From the IMG/VR virus record IMGVR_UViG_3300032245_001163: a stretch of 64,000 nt of DNA, one strand, 5' to 3'. Position numbers and translations under genes: made by a program. The DNA is from a virus. Below, in pieces: positions 38,542 to 51,300 of the stretch (position 1 is its first letter; each line of letters opens with the position of its first letter). The notes beneath the pieces are model-generated. The model was given only the letters and a program-made list of their open reading frames with translations. It was not told the origin of the DNA and searched no databases.

Positions 38542-40044
38542 TTGTCAGAAGAAATTCAACGCAGTAGAGGTCGTCCGCAGAATTACAAAGTAGACCGCGG
38601 TGGAGTGCCCACGGACTTTGGCCCATTTGTGGGCATAGTCAAAAACAATGTGGACCCAACACGCAGTGGACGTTTGCAAGTGTTCATTGAAACATTCAGC
38701 AATGGCGACCCTGAAGATCCAACCAAATGGACCACTGTGCGATATCTGCCAGGATTCTACGGTTATACTCCTGCAGGCAACACCGCCAACACTGGGGTAG
38801 GCGACTACACACAAAATCAAAATGCCTATGGCATGTGGTTTACTCCGCCAGACATTGGCATTCAAGTGTTGTGTGTGTTTGCCAACGGCGATCGACAACT
38901 GGGATATTATCTTGGGGTGGTGCCCAGCGATGGCCTAGGGCACATGGTGCCTGCTGTGGGCAGCACCACACAGTATGTGGTAAGCAACAAAAATCAAGAA
39001 ACTTATTTCACTGACGATAAACTGTTGCCAGTGACTGAAATCAACACCAGCGCATTGGATTTGATAAACAATGGGCGATTCTTTGATCAACAAAAGCCAG
39101 TGCATGCTGTGGCTGCTGGTGTGCTGTTTCGACAAGGACTCAACAAAGACATAGAACGCGGGCCAATACGTTCAAGCAGTCAGAGAGAAACTCCCAGTGC
39201 TGTGTTTGGTGTCAGCACACCGGGTATACCAGTGTACAAAGGCGGCATGAGTCCCAATGACATACGCAAAAAAATTCAAAACAATGAGTTAACTCCTGCA
39301 GACGCACAAATCATTGGCCGCATGGGTGGACACACCTTGGTCATGGACGACGGCGACCTCGATGGCAACAATGCGCTGTTTAGATTGCGCACACCCAAAG
39401 GTCATCAGATCACAATGAATGACTCAGGTAATTTCTTTTACATCACACATGCCAACGGACAAACATGGTTGGAGTTTGGCAAAGAAGGCACAGTAGACAT
39501 ATTTTCAACCAACTCAGTAAACATCCGCACACAAGGCGACATCAACATGCATGCTGACCGTGATATCAACATGTTTGCTGGCGGCAACATACAAGTCAAA
39601 AGCACCAAGAGTACCACAATAGAAGCAAATACAGATCTAAGCATCACAGCACAAAATGATTTTAAAATTTACAGCAAAGCCACTTTGGGAGTCAAAGCCG
39701 ATGGTACTTTGGCTATACAAAGCGCAGGCGGATCTTGGAACGGTGGCGAATCGCTGTTGTTCACTGCTGGTGGCATAGATTTGAATGGTCCTGCGGCACC
39801 CACGGTTGCAGCGCCCAAACCCATTGCCACTGTTGAATTAGATGACACTGTATTTGATACCAGCAAAGGCTGGCAAGTCAAAGAAAAAACATTGAAAACC
39901 ATTGTGCCTAGAGCACCCACACACGAGCCTTACCCTTATCACAACAAAGGTGTTGATGTAAAAGTACAACTGGAACCTGGACAACCCACTCCTCCCCCGG
40001 GTGCTGTACCTGTCCCAGCAGGATGGGATGTCAAAGCAAAATGA
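38542..40044 (+). CDS. gp5: Central spike protein (gp5/VgrG-like OB fold plus beta-helix), TTG start
   Basis: DPTRSGRLQVFI, PPDIG..VLC.F..GD and RTPKGHQITMND motifs; AAGGAG RBS; no internal T4-lysozyme domain seen. Confidence 0.8.
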   Translation: MSEEIQRSRGRPQNYKVDRGGVPTDFGPFVGIVKNNVDPTRSGRLQVFIETFSNGDPEDPTKWTTVRYLPGFYGYTPAGNTANTGVGDYTQNQNAYGMWFTPPDIGIQVLCVFANGDRQLGYYLGVVPSDGLGHMVPAVGSTTQYVVSNKNQETYFTDDKLLPVTEINTSALDLINNGRFFDQQKPVHAVAAGVLFRQGLNKDIERGPIRSSSQRETPSAVFGVSTPGIPVYKGGMSPNDIRKKIQNNELTPADAQIIGRMGGHTLVMDDGDLDGNNALFRLRTPKGHQITMNDSGNFFYITHANGQTWLEFGKEGTVDIFSTNSVNIRTQGDINMHADRDINMFAGGNIQVKSTKSTTIEANTDLSITAQNDFKIYSKATLGVKADGTLAIQSAGGSWNGGESLLFTAGGIDLNGPAAPTVAAPKPIATVELDDTVFDTSKGWQVKEKTLKTIVPRAPTHEPYPYHNKGVDVKVQLEPGQPTPPPGAVPVPAGWDVKAK

Positions 40045-41423
40045 GTATTTTTAATTTTGATTTTGGCGGTAAAAAGTTTGAAATACAAGGACCGCCGGGT
40101 GCCACAGAAGCACAGGCACGAGCTGTATTTGATCAACAAGTCAAAACAGGAGCACTGGTCGGACTCAAATCTGGTGATGTTTTAAATGCAGCCAAACAAG
40201 CTGAAGGTGGACTTGCAGCCGCAGCAGGACAAGTATCACAGGCATTCAACGGCGTACCAGGTTTGTCTAGCGGTACACTCGGCACATCATTTAGCACAGC
40301 TGGTAAAGAATTTAGTGCTGCTTTTAGTTCTGCAACGTCTGTGGCTCAGCAAACGCTGTCAGGTATTACCAAATCCATAGGTGGCACACCAGTGGCAAAT
40401 GGCATCAACATTGCTGATTTTGCCAAACAAGTGCCTTCATTGACTTCGATCAGTGGGCTCACTGGCATAGACGTAAGGGCGGCTGTGTCTCAAGCATCAA
40501 CGTTATCATCGCAAACTGCAACACAATTCAGCGATGCCAACGGTGTGGGAAAATTTGGATTTGACGCCACACAATTAGAAAATGCTGGCCTGTTGAAAAC
40601 CGGCACAGTGGCATCCTTTCTTACCCAAGGTACCAACTCATTGACTTCAGTGTTGAAAAGTCCAGCAGTATGGACTGGCAAAGACGGCATCAACAATCTT
40701 GATGGGCTGTTGAATAATCCAGCAATGCAAAATTTAACACAACAAAATCTAATGAGTTCGGGGTTAAACGCAGTCAAACAACTGGGCATCCCCATTGACA
40801 AACTCAATCCCAAAGCACTGGCAGGAGTGTCGTTAAATGCAGCCAAAAGTCCAACAGACACCTTGGCCTGGGCCAAGGGCGAATTGCCAGCTGATCTAAA
40901 ATCTCAATTTGACAGCGTGGCCAAAGACGCTTCTTTTGCTGTGGACCTAGCAGATCAGAAATTGAACGATGCAATGGCACAATTGGCTCCACCAGGAGAA
41001 GCCGAAGACACAGTGGATCGTGCCACACTTGACGCTGCTGTCAAGCGAGTGTTTGGCAATGACAAGATACCCAGTTTGGACTATGGCGGCCCTGTTCCTC
41101 CCCCGGCACCGTTGTTTGCTGAAAACAAGAGATTAAAAGCGTTGACCGCAGAACAACAGGCCAAAGTTTCAACCCTGGTCAGTCAGGAAACCACTGTGCA
41201 GAATGTTGATGCTCGCATTGCACAGTACACAGCAATTCGTGCTGAGTTACTTAAATTGGCCAAACTGTATCAATCACTGCAAGCAGATGTCAAAGGCAAA
41301 CCATACACAGATTTCATCGACGAAGTTGATCGAGGTCTTGCTGCGGTACAAGCACTGATTGAAGCCATTGGCATGCAGTATATTCCTGCGCTGAGACAGT
41401 TTAAACAGCGCGGTCAGGCATAA
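40041..41423 (+). CDS. Baseplate-associated protein with a possible degenerate lysozyme-like segment
   Basis: ATGA overlap with gp5; GKFGF...LENAGLLK...WTGKDGINNLDGLLNNP..Q segment. Confidence 0.45.
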   Translation: MSIFNFDFGGKKFEIQGPPGATEAQARAVFDQQVKTGALVGLKSGDVLNAAKQAEGGLAAAAGQVSQAFNGVPGLSSGTLGTSFSTAGKEFSAAFSSATSVAQQTLSGITKSIGGTPVANGINIADFAKQVPSLTSISGLTGIDVRAAVSQASTLSSQTATQFSDANGVGKFGFDATQLENAGLLKTGTVASFLTQGTNSLTSVLKSPAVWTGKDGINNLDGLLNNPAMQNLTQQNLMSSGLNAVKQLGIPIDKLNPKALAGVSLNAAKSPTDTLAWAKGELPADLKSQFDSVAKDASFAVDLADQKLNDAMAQLAPPGEAEDTVDRATLDAAVKRVFGNDKIPSLDYGGPVPPPAPLFAENKRLKALTAEQQAKVSTLVSQETTVQNVDARIAQYTAIRAELLKLAKLYQSLQADVKGKPYTDFIDEVDRGLAAVQALIEAIGMQYIPALRQFKQRGQA

Positions 41424-41430
41424 AACACAC

Positions 41431-41438
41431 CATAAATA
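41431..41438 (+). promoter_or_regulatory. Putative late promoter CATAAATA
   Basis: Intergenic, 5 nt before the gp25 ATG. Confidence 0.55.
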
Positions 41439-41443
41439 TTGTC

Positions 41444-41818
41444 ATGACCACATTCATCGGCTTTAATACCATTGATCAATACAAAAAGTTCACGCTCACA
41501 GACTTTGATCTAATCCAACGAGACTTGTTAAACGCTTTTAGTATTCGTCAAGGAGAACTGCCTGGCCGTCCAGGCTACGGTACCACACTGTGGGATTTTT
41601 TGTTTGAAAATCAAATTGAACAACTGACACAACAAATACGTGCTGAAGTGCAACGTGTGGCAGGCGGCGACCCTAGACTCATTGTCAATGACATACAAGT
41701 GTTTCCTCAAGAAAACGGTATATTGATACAACTTCAGATCACTGTTATAAACACCACTAACGCCGAGATTCTCAGCATATTTTTTGACGAACAAACTCGT
41801 AATGCCAGCTACGTATAA
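41444..41818 (+). CDS. gp25: Baseplate wedge / sheath initiator (gp25-like)
   Basis: DLLNAFSIRQGE...PGYGT.LWDFLFE...DPRL motif. Confidence 0.9.
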   Translation: MTTFIGFNTIDQYKKFTLTDFDLIQRDLLNAFSIRQGELPGRPGYGTTLWDFLFENQIEQLTQQIRAEVQRVAGGDPRLIVNDIQVFPQENGILIQLQITVINTTNAEILSIFFDEQTRNASYV

Positions 41819-41837
41819 CTGCGCCGTTTTTATTATC

Positions 41838-41845
41838 AATAAATA
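41838..41845 (+). promoter_or_regulatory. Putative late promoter AATAAATA
   Basis: Intergenic, upstream of gp6. Confidence 0.5.
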
Positions 41846-41864
41846 AAGCACGGACGAGAAGAAA

Positions 41865-44800
41865 ATGGCAACAACCACAAGACAAACAGCAATATTTGGC
41901 GTAGAAGATTGGAAACAAATCTACCAAACCTACCGCGAAGCCGACTTCCAAAGCTACGACTTTGAAACTCTTCGCAAAAGTTTCATTGACTATTTGCGTT
42001 TGTATTACCCCGAAACATTCAATGACTACATTGAATCGTCAGAATTCATTGCCTTGTTGGACGTCATGGCTTTCATGGGTCAAGCACTGGCTTTCCGCAC
42101 AGATTTAAACACCAGAGAAAACTACATTGACACTGCTGAACGCAGAGACTCAGTGGTGCGTCTTGCTAATTTGGTAAGCTACACTGCCAAACGTAATGCA
42201 GCGGCTGAAGGATTTCTCAAAGTATTCAATGTTACCACAACAGAAAATGTTGTGGACTACAACGGTGTAAACCTCAGCAATATTACAGTGAATTGGGCAG
42301 ATCCAACCAACAATGACTGGCAAGAACAGTTTACAGCCATTATCAATGCTGCCTTGGTAGACAGCCAAAAAGTAGGCCGTCCAGGCAACCGTCAAACTGT
42401 GCTGGGTGTTGACACTGCTGAATATGGTATCAATCTTGTGCCTGGCTTTTTGCCAGTGATTCCTTACACCGCCACAGTGGATGGCATCAGTATGCCGTTT
42501 GAAGCAACAACTAGCACCTCAGTGGGACGCGACTATGTGTACGAGCCTGCTCCTGTGCCCAACACAGTGTTCAACGTGCTGTTTAGAAACGATCAACTGG
42601 GGTTTCAATCAGCCAACACTGGCTATTTCTTTTTCTTCAAACAAGGTATTCTACAAAACCAAGATTTTAACTTGAGCGAACGCATTGCCAATCGCACAGT
42701 AGATATCAATGTTGAAGGCGTAAACAATGACGACCGTTGGTTGTTTCAGCTGGACAACATTGGCAACATCAGCCGCGAGTGGCAGTATGTAGAAAACGTT
42801 TACACAGCAGCCGAGCAACGCAACAATGTGTTGCAACCCATTTACAGTGTTACTTCCAGAGCCAATGATCAAATTACCATGGTGTTTGGCGATGGTGTGT
42901 TCAGTGAAATTCCCGTGGGCATATTCCGTGCGTATGTTCGCGCCAGCAACGGCTTGCAGTATATCATCAACCCTGAAGAAATGCAAAACGTTGTGTTGCC
43001 CATCTCATACACTGATCGCAACGGCAACCTGCAGACTATTACATTCACTTGTGGTATCACACGTCCTGTTTCAAACAGCCAAGCACGTGAGCCCATTGGC
43101 GAAATCAAACAACGTGCTCCTGCACGTTATTACACACAGAATCGCATGGTCAACGGAGAAGATTACAATCTTTTCCCTTACACACAATACAATTCAATTA
43201 TCAAGAGCAAGGCCTTGAACCGTGCCAGCATTGGTACCAGTCGTTATCTTGATCTTGTGGACAACACCGGCAAGTACAGTTCAACCAACACATTCTCAAG
43301 TGATGGCGGAATTTGGCGTCAAAACATTTTGCCTACTATTTTATTCTCCTACACCAATCGCAATGAGATTGCAGATATTATTACCAATCAAGTGCAACCA
43401 TCTATTGATGGAGCCACAGTAAGACAATTTTACTATTCAAACTTTCCTCGTATTACATCTACTACGCAACCAACAGGAGTTGCTTGGCTAAGTGGATACA
43501 CATGGAATCAAAGCACCACACTGGCCAACGAAACCACTGGCTACTTTAGAAACACAATTACCAGCGCCACTTGGCCCGATGGTACTCCTATTCCAGTGGG
43601 AGAAACCACAAACACCATGTTCAAATATGTGATACCTGGCTCACTGATCAAGTTTGTGCCACCCACTGGTTATTATTTTGATCGCAACAATAAATTGGTA
43701 CAAGGTACTCCTATGCGGGCCGACGAACGCACAGAAATCTGGGCCAGTCCGCAACAAATAGTAGGTGATGGCTACAATGGTGGGCTAGGCAATTTGAGTT
43801 CAGGCGCAGGACCTGTAACAATCAACAACTTTGTGCCGTCTGGAGCCATTGTAGACACAATTATTCCGTTGTTTGTAACAGATCTTCCCAACACCATTGA
43901 ACAGCAAATGGCTGAACAAATCCTGTTGTATCGTAATTTTGGCTTGGGATATGACAGCAATGGCGACATAACTGGTACTCCTTACACTTGGTATCTTATA
44001 ACTAGTACCAATCTTGATGCGTATTCACAAAGCAATCCTGCAACATGGAGTCAGCAATATGCTGGCAACACATCTGGAGCCAATCTTGACGCCAGTTGGT
44101 TGATACAGTTTGTTGTAGAAAATCAAAATTACACCATTACATTCCGTGGACTGAGTTATAACTTTGGATCAGTATTACAAACACGATTTTTCTTCTACGA
44201 AGATCAACTTGTGTACGATAGCCGCACAGGTACTATCATCAAAGATTTTATCAATGTGTTGGCAGTGAACACACAACCCAACTCAACTGAACCGTTGCCT
44301 GGTGATATCTATACCACAATCATTGGACAACCTGTGGAAAGCGATGGCTACGTCGATGACTTCCAAGTCCTAGTAAGCTATCGAGATTCAGACAACGATG
44401 GTGTGCCTGATAATCCAGACTTTTTTGATGAAATTGTTGGCCCTGCAACCACAGCTGGACCCTATGTATTCTTGCAACAGACTGTGGACTTTGACAATCT
44501 TCAACGTTATCTGTTGGTAGAACAAGGTGTTGTGATCTATGATTACGGTACATTGGACGAAATTGAACTGGCCAAAACTGAATGGACACCAGGACAAGTG
44601 TTCTATGCCTATGAAGAAAATGCATTCTATCAACTCAGCATCTCAGTCACAGGTGTGCGCACCATTGTCAGTGTAACTGGCTGGATCGCTAAAACAGGCA
44701 GACAAAGTCTGTATTTCCAATACCGCCACAATTCACCATTGACCAACAGAATTGATCCAGGGTCTACCAACATCATTGATTTGTATGTTGTTACATTGTC

Positions 44801-45341
44801 TTACTACACTGCTTATCAAAACTGGTTGCGTGATACCACAGGCACTGTGGCTCAGCCAGCATCGCCCACAATTGATCAACTGTCAACTGATTACCAGGCC
44901 TTGCAAGATTACAAAATGATCAGTGACAACATTGTGGTTAACTCAGTGGTATTCAAACCCTTGTTTGGTCCCAAGGCTGCACAAGAACTACGTGCCACAA
45001 TCAAAGTTATCCGTGCGCAAAACAGCACAGCCAGTACCAGCGAAATCAAAAGCAGTGTTTTAGCAGAAATGAACAATTATTTTTCAATTGACAAATGGAA
45101 TTTTGGCGATACTTTTTACTTCTCTGAGCTGGCAGCATACTTGCATAGACAACTAGGATCAATTATCAGTTCTGTGGTATTGGTTCCTCTGGACCAACAA
45201 AAGAGCTTTGGCGATCTGTATGAAATCCGCAGCCAGCCAAACGAAATTTTTGCCAATGGTGCAACCATTGACAATATCGATGTTATCGAAGCATTGACTA
45301 GTACCAACCTGCGTACTGCACCAGGCAGCGGAGTAATTTAA
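41865..45341 (+). CDS. gp6: Baseplate wedge subunit (gp6-like)
   Basis: DFETLR, ENYIDTAERRDSV.RLA, FGDG.F..IP and EIKQRAP..YYTQNRMVNGEDY motifs. Confidence 0.9.
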   Translation: MATTTRQTAIFGVEDWKQIYQTYREADFQSYDFETLRKSFIDYLRLYYPETFNDYIESSEFIALLDVMAFMGQALAFRTDLNTRENYIDTAERRDSVVRLANLVSYTAKRNAAAEGFLKVFNVTTTENVVDYNGVNLSNITVNWADPTNNDWQEQFTAIINAALVDSQKVGRPGNRQTVLGVDTAEYGINLVPGFLPVIPYTATVDGISMPFEATTSTSVGRDYVYEPAPVPNTVFNVLFRNDQLGFQSANTGYFFFFKQGILQNQDFNLSERIANRTVDINVEGVNNDDRWLFQLDNIGNISREWQYVENVYTAAEQRNNVLQPIYSVTSRANDQITMVFGDGVFSEIPVGIFRAYVRASNGLQYIINPEEMQNVVLPISYTDRNGNLQTITFTCGITRPVSNSQAREPIGEIKQRAPARYYTQNRMVNGEDYNLFPYTQYNSIIKSKALNRASIGTSRYLDLVDNTGKYSSTNTFSSDGGIWRQNILPTILFSYTNRNEIADIITNQVQPSIDGATVRQFYYSNFPRITSTTQPTGVAWLSGYTWNQSTTLANETTGYFRNTITSATWPDGTPIPVGETTNTMFKYVIPGSLIKFVPPTGYYFDRNNKLVQGTPMRADERTEIWASPQQIVGDGYNGGLGNLSSGAGPVTINNFVPSGAIVDTIIPLFVTDLPNTIEQQMAEQILLYRNFGLGYDSNGDITGTPYTWYLITSTNLDAYSQSNPATWSQQYAGNTSGANLDASWLIQFVVENQNYTITFRGLSYNFGSVLQTRFFFYEDQLVYDSRTGTIIKDFINVLAVNTQPNSTEPLPGDIYTTIIGQPVESDGYVDDFQVLVSYRDSDNDGVPDNPDFFDEIVGPATTAGPYVFLQQTVDFDNLQRYLLVEQGVVIYDYGTLDEIELAKTEWTPGQVFYAYEENAFYQLSISVTGVRTIVSVTGWIAKTGRQSLYFQYRHNSPLTNRIDPGSTNIIDLYVVTLSYYTAYQNWLRDTTGTVAQPASPTIDQLSTDYQALQDYKMISDNIVVNSVVFKPLFGPKAAQELRATIKVIRAQNSTASTSEIKSSVLAEMNNYFSIDKWNFGDTFYFSELAAYLHRQLGSIISSVVLVPLDQQKSFGDLYEIRSQPNEIFANGATIDNIDVIEALTSTNLRTAPGSGVI

Positions 45342-48300
45342 TGGCACGCACACGATCAGTTGATTTCCTACCAGAAATTTTTAGAACTCCTGTTAACAAA
45401 CAATTCTTAGCAGCCACTCTTGACCAAATGGTTCAAGAGCCCAAGTTTAAAAAGACACAGGGATTTATTGGCCGTACTGTGGGTCCAGGTGTTAATCCCA
45501 ATGACAGTTATGTTGTAGAGCCTGATAAAATTCGCCAAGAGTATCAATTAGAACCTGGCGTGATCAGTCTTGAACCTGACACACAAAATATCAAAAATGT
45601 CATCACTTATCCTGGCATGAACGACGCCATTGGATTTCAAGGGGGTGATCAGACTCGCGCAGATCAGTTGTATAACAGTGAGTACTATACCTGGGATCCT
45701 TTTGTTGACTATGATGCGTTTATTAATTTCAGCCAATATTTTTGGTTGCCCAGCGGCCCAGAAACAGTAGATGTAGCATCCATTGGCATACCAACCAATG
45801 ATAATTTTGTAGTCAATCGTGAAAATGGTGTTTACACATTTTCTGGTCTTAGCGGTAATAATCCCACAATTGATCTAGTTCGAGGTGGAAGCTACACGTT
45901 TCAAGTAGCGCAAAACGCCAAAGAAACTGTGAATTATCGTGTTACCAACAACGGTACCACGGCTTACCTGATTGATTTTCAAAACAATCCAACATTGACT
46001 TTGGCACGAGGCAACACTTATGTGTTCAATATTACCCTCAATGGTGTGTATCCTTTCTGGATCAAGACAGCATTGAGCCTAGGCACTGGTGATGCATACA
46101 ACTCAGGAGTGCTACGAAACGGCAGCAGTTTTGGTCTAGTTACATTTACTGTACCACAAGATGCTCCTGACACCCTGTACTATGTCAGCGAAAATCAAAC
46201 CAACTTGCGTGGCACCATTAATGTTATAGACGGCACCCCAGGCACTGGTCCAGGATTTTGGATTCAAACTTCGCCAGGAGTGGCGGGAGTGGTACCTACT
46301 ACCCCTAACCTTAGCAACAGAGATGTCTATGGCGTTACCAACAACGGTGAAGATCTTGGTATAGTAACATTTGATGTGCCACAAAAAACAGCGCAAGAAT
46401 TTTATTATAATCTCACCGACGTAGGTCCAATTGATTTATTAACTGAATTAAAATTCAATCAGATCAATAACCAACCTTTGGAACAGTTTATTACCACCTA
46501 TGGCGGAATTGATGGCACCACATATCTTGATGGTCGTACATTGGTGTTTACAAATACTATTGCAGATGCTGAAGATGGTGGCTGGGTTGAAACCACATTT
46601 TATGATCCGCTGCCTAGACTGGATTCATTCAACGGTGCAGTAGGAAGTTATGATTCTATCAATTTTGATCAATCCACTGAAGTACCATTGGCTGATCGAT
46701 ATCAAATATGGCAAATTGCCATAGTAAATCGCAATGGTATAGATTATATCAGTCTATCAAAAATTGCCAACGTTGATATCAACCAAAAGTTTACTATCAG
46801 TTATGGTAATACCTACAGCAATACCAGTTGGTACAAAATGCCCAACGGATACTTTCAACGTATTCCTTTGTTGACAGCATTGTTCAACGAACTGTATTAT
46901 CAAGATGGCACCGACCCAGAAATTTTTGGTAAAATTCGGCTGTTGGATCAAACTGAGACCAACACAATTTTTATCGATCAGATTATTGGACAAAAGAATT
47001 ATACCAGTCCCAATGGCGTGGCATTCACCAATGGACTCAAGGTGCGCTTCACTGGCGATGTGTTGCCAGTTTCTTACAGTTCAGGTACTACCACACTAAC
47101 CTGTACTGCCACCCAAGCAGGCAGCAACTACATCACATGTGGCTCGACTGCTGGATTGTACGAAGGTGAAGAAATTGTTTTTTCGGGCACAACTGCTGGC
47201 GGCATCATTGCTGGACAAAGCTATTACATCAAATCAATTGCATCTAATGGCATTCAATTTTCAATAGCCACAGTGGCCGATGGAGCAACATTTGAACTAA
47301 GCACTGCCACTGTGGCAGGATTTACAGCCGTGGCCATTGCCAACAATGAATATTATGTAGCAGGAGTTGGCACAGCAATTGAGCTGCTGCCAGTACGAAA
47401 CTTTATCACGCCTGAAACTTATGTGGTGGATGCTAGAGATAGTACCATTGCATCTGAACCAGGCGAAGTAGATTACCTCACAATCGATCGCGCCAGCAAA
47501 GATCTAAATGCATGGACACGCAGTAATCGTTGGTTCCATGTGGACGTGATTCAAGCTTCGGCCGCTTACAATGGTAATGTGGCCACACTAGACAACAACT
47601 ATAGAGCCAAGCGTCCAATTATCAACTTCAGACCCAACATTAGATTGTACAACATGGGTACCGAAGGCAAGCAGCCAGTTGACATCATTGACTTTTCAGA
47701 AACAGACGCACTCAGCAACATTGAAGGCAGTACAGGATATTCAGTGGATGGATATACTTTTGTCAATGGTACACGAGTAATTTTTGCTGCTGATGCAGAT
47801 CCCGAAGTGCGTGATAAAATCTATATTGTGCAATTTATCACACCTGACAGTGTGGAACCATTGATTACGCAACCAATTATCAATCTTGTGTTGGCCAGCG
47901 ATGGCGTTGTGTTGCTTGATCAAAGTGTGGTATGTCTTGAAGGAACCACACAAAAAGGCGTGTCATTCTGGTACAACGGTGTAGAATGGACTGAGGCACA
48001 ACAGAAAACTGGAGTGCAACAAGCACCACTGTTTAACGTGTATGATCTAGCTGGTATCAGTTTTGGAGACCGAGCCAAATATCCATCTAGTACATTCATT
48101 GGCAGCAAATTGTTTAGCTATGCCGTGGGAGACACTGGCATACTAGATCCTATTTTGCAATTCCCACTGCAATATTTGAACATCAACAACGTTGGTGATA
48201 TTGTATTTGAGAACAACTTGTACAAAGATACATTCTTGTATGTGCAAGACAACGTATCAATCACGTCTGACATCAGTTCAGGTGTGGCTCGAGAATATGT

Positions 48301-51300
48301 CGATCGTACTGTGTTTGGCAAACTCATTGGTTGGCAAACTGCGGCTGCAACTAGCCAGCAATACCAACAATTTAAATTTACATATACTGGACAAACACTG
48401 AAAGTTGATGTTGCAGTTGGTACAAACACTGTATTGCCCCCAATAAAAATCTATGTCAGCTCAGACTTTTTAATGCCTGACGAATACAGTTATATTGTAG
48501 GCACTAACAGCACAACTATTACATTGCTCAACACTTACTTGCCCACAGACATCATTGAAGTCTTGGTGTTGAGTGATCAAACCAGTGCTACTGCATTTTA
48601 TCAAGTTCCGATTAATTTACAGAACAATCCGCTGAATACCAACAGTCCCAGTTTTACTCTGGGTACAATTCGCACACATTACGAAAGCATTTGTGAAAAC
48701 TTGTTAACACTGTCTGGACCAGTCAACGGTGCCAACAACACCAGAGACCTGGGCAATTTAGTACCATATGGCGCAACCATACTGCAACAGAGTTCTCCAT
48801 TGACCCTGGCTGGATATTTCTTGCGCAGTGAAAAATACAACATATTCTCAAGCCTGCAATACAACAGCAACGAATATCTAAAATTCAAAGGTCAGATGCT
48901 GAACACTGCAATTCAGCAAGTGGTTCAATATCAAACTGCTGGTGAAATTTTAGATATTGCCATGGCTGATATTACTTTGGGTCGCGTTGAATCGCAGCCA
49001 TTTTATTGGAGTGATATGATACCTGCAGGTGCAGTGTATCAAACCACAACATACACCATATCAAATACCACCAACGACACATTTGATACTATCAATGTAT
49101 ACAACTATACATCAGCCAACTATTTGGGGTTGAATGTGTATCTGAACGGTACAATTCTTACCAGAAGTGTTGATTATGTGGTGGCCACAGACGGGCCTCG
49201 AATTGTTGTATTGGCCACACTGACTCTAGGTGATATACTAACATTAAAAGAATATTCTGCCACTTATGGTAGTTTTGTACCAAATACTCCTACCAAATTG
49301 GGATTGTATCCTGCATTCCGTCCTGAAATTATCACACAAAAAACCAGTGCAGGCACACAGACTGTTATTGTGGGACACGACGGAAGCATTACTCGCACTT
49401 TTGGTGATATCCGCGATGACGTGTTGTTGGAATTTGAAACCAGAATATTCAACAACTTGAAACTGGATGGTAATCCTGTGCCCATTAGTATTGCAGAAGT
49501 ATTGCCTGGACAATTTAGAACCACTGGCTACAGCATAGACGACGTTAACAACATCCTGGCCACAGACTTTTTGAGTTATGTGGCCTGGAACAAGCTGGAT
49601 TACAAAACACAAGATTATGTTGCTGCCAATGAATTTTCTTGGAACTACAGTGGCAGCCAAAGCAAGTTAGATAATGAGCCATTGCCCGGAGCCTGGCGCG
49701 GCATTTATCGCTACTACTATGACACACAGCAACCTGAGGAAACTCCTTGGGAAATGTTGGGATTTTCCATCCGTCCTGACTGGTGGGATCTTGTGTACGG
49801 TCCAGGACCTTACACACAAGACAACTTGGTGTTGTGGGATGATTTAGAAGCAGGTTATGTGGCAGACCCTGTTGCTCCTTATTACTTGCCTGAATATGCA
49901 AGACCTGGTCTTACCAAAGTAATACCAACAGGTACTGAAGGGGAATTGTTGAGTCCGTTTGATTCAGTGGTTGGTACTTACAATGATTCTACATTCCGCA
50001 AGAGTTGGAGTGTGGGCGATGGCGGCCCTGTGGAAGCATCATGGTGGAACAGCAGTGCATACCCATTTGCTGTTATGAGATTGTTGGCATTAACTCGTCC
50101 TGCTAAGTTCTTTGCGCTGTTTGCTGATAGAGATTTGTACAAGTTTGACACAGACCTCAATCAATATTTGTACAACAATCGTTATCGCCTCAATGCCAAT
50201 GATTTGGAAATCTATGGCAATGGTGTCAGCAAAGCCAGCTACATTGACTGGATTGTGGACTTCAACCGTCAAAGCGGTGTGGACAGCACAGCTGATCTCA
50301 CAGCTGATCTTGGTGCACTGGACGTTAGATTGTGCTATAGAATGGCCAGTTTCTCAGACAAACAGTACATTAAGATTTACACTGAGAAATCCAGTCCCAA
50401 TTCAACCAACACCACTTTCTTAATCCCTGATGAAAGTTATGATCTAGTTTTGTATAAAAATCAACCGTTTGATCGTGCCAGCTATTCAGCAGTGGTGATA
50501 CAAAAAGTTGCAGGTGGATATGCAGTATTTGGTTATAGCACATCACAACCGTATTTTAACATAATTCAAAGTCAGTACGCTGGACGTTTGCAAACCTACA
50601 GTGCTGGTGGTATTACGGTGCAAGTGCCCACATTCTATTCAAACACTATTACACAAATTCCGTATGGCTACATTTTTGCCAGCGAAACTGCGGTGTCTGA
50701 CTTTTTGCTGAGTTATGGACAATACTTAGAGCGTCAAGGACTAGTGTTTGACAATCGTGTCAATGGCTATGAACTGAACTGGGGACAAATGGTCAATGAA
50801 TTCCTGTACTGGAGCCAACAAGGCTGGGACGAAAATGCCTTGATCAATTTGAATCCACTGGCATTTAGACTCAGTATTTCTCGTGAGCAGGCTGTGGTAG
50901 ACAGTATTGCCGCACAAACATCTGACAATATATTGTTGGACCAAAATCGCAAAGAATTGCCCACACGCAATCTCGTTATTACACGTTTGGATAATACATT
51001 TACAGCTGAACCTGCTACTGACCAGACGCTGAGTTATATTGATTTAAAATACACTGCTTACGAGCACATGATTGTGTTGAACAACGCCAGTGTGTTTGGT
51101 GATTTGATTTATCAACCTGTTACAGGCGCTCGACAAAGTCGACTGAATTTAATTGCAGTGACCACAACTGAGTGGAATGGCTCAGTGGATGCACAAGGCT
51201 TTATTTTAAATCAAGACAATATTGAAGAATGGAATTCATATACCACGTATACCAAAGGACAAATTGTCAAGTACAAAGGTGCTTATTGGTCAGCGGCCAA

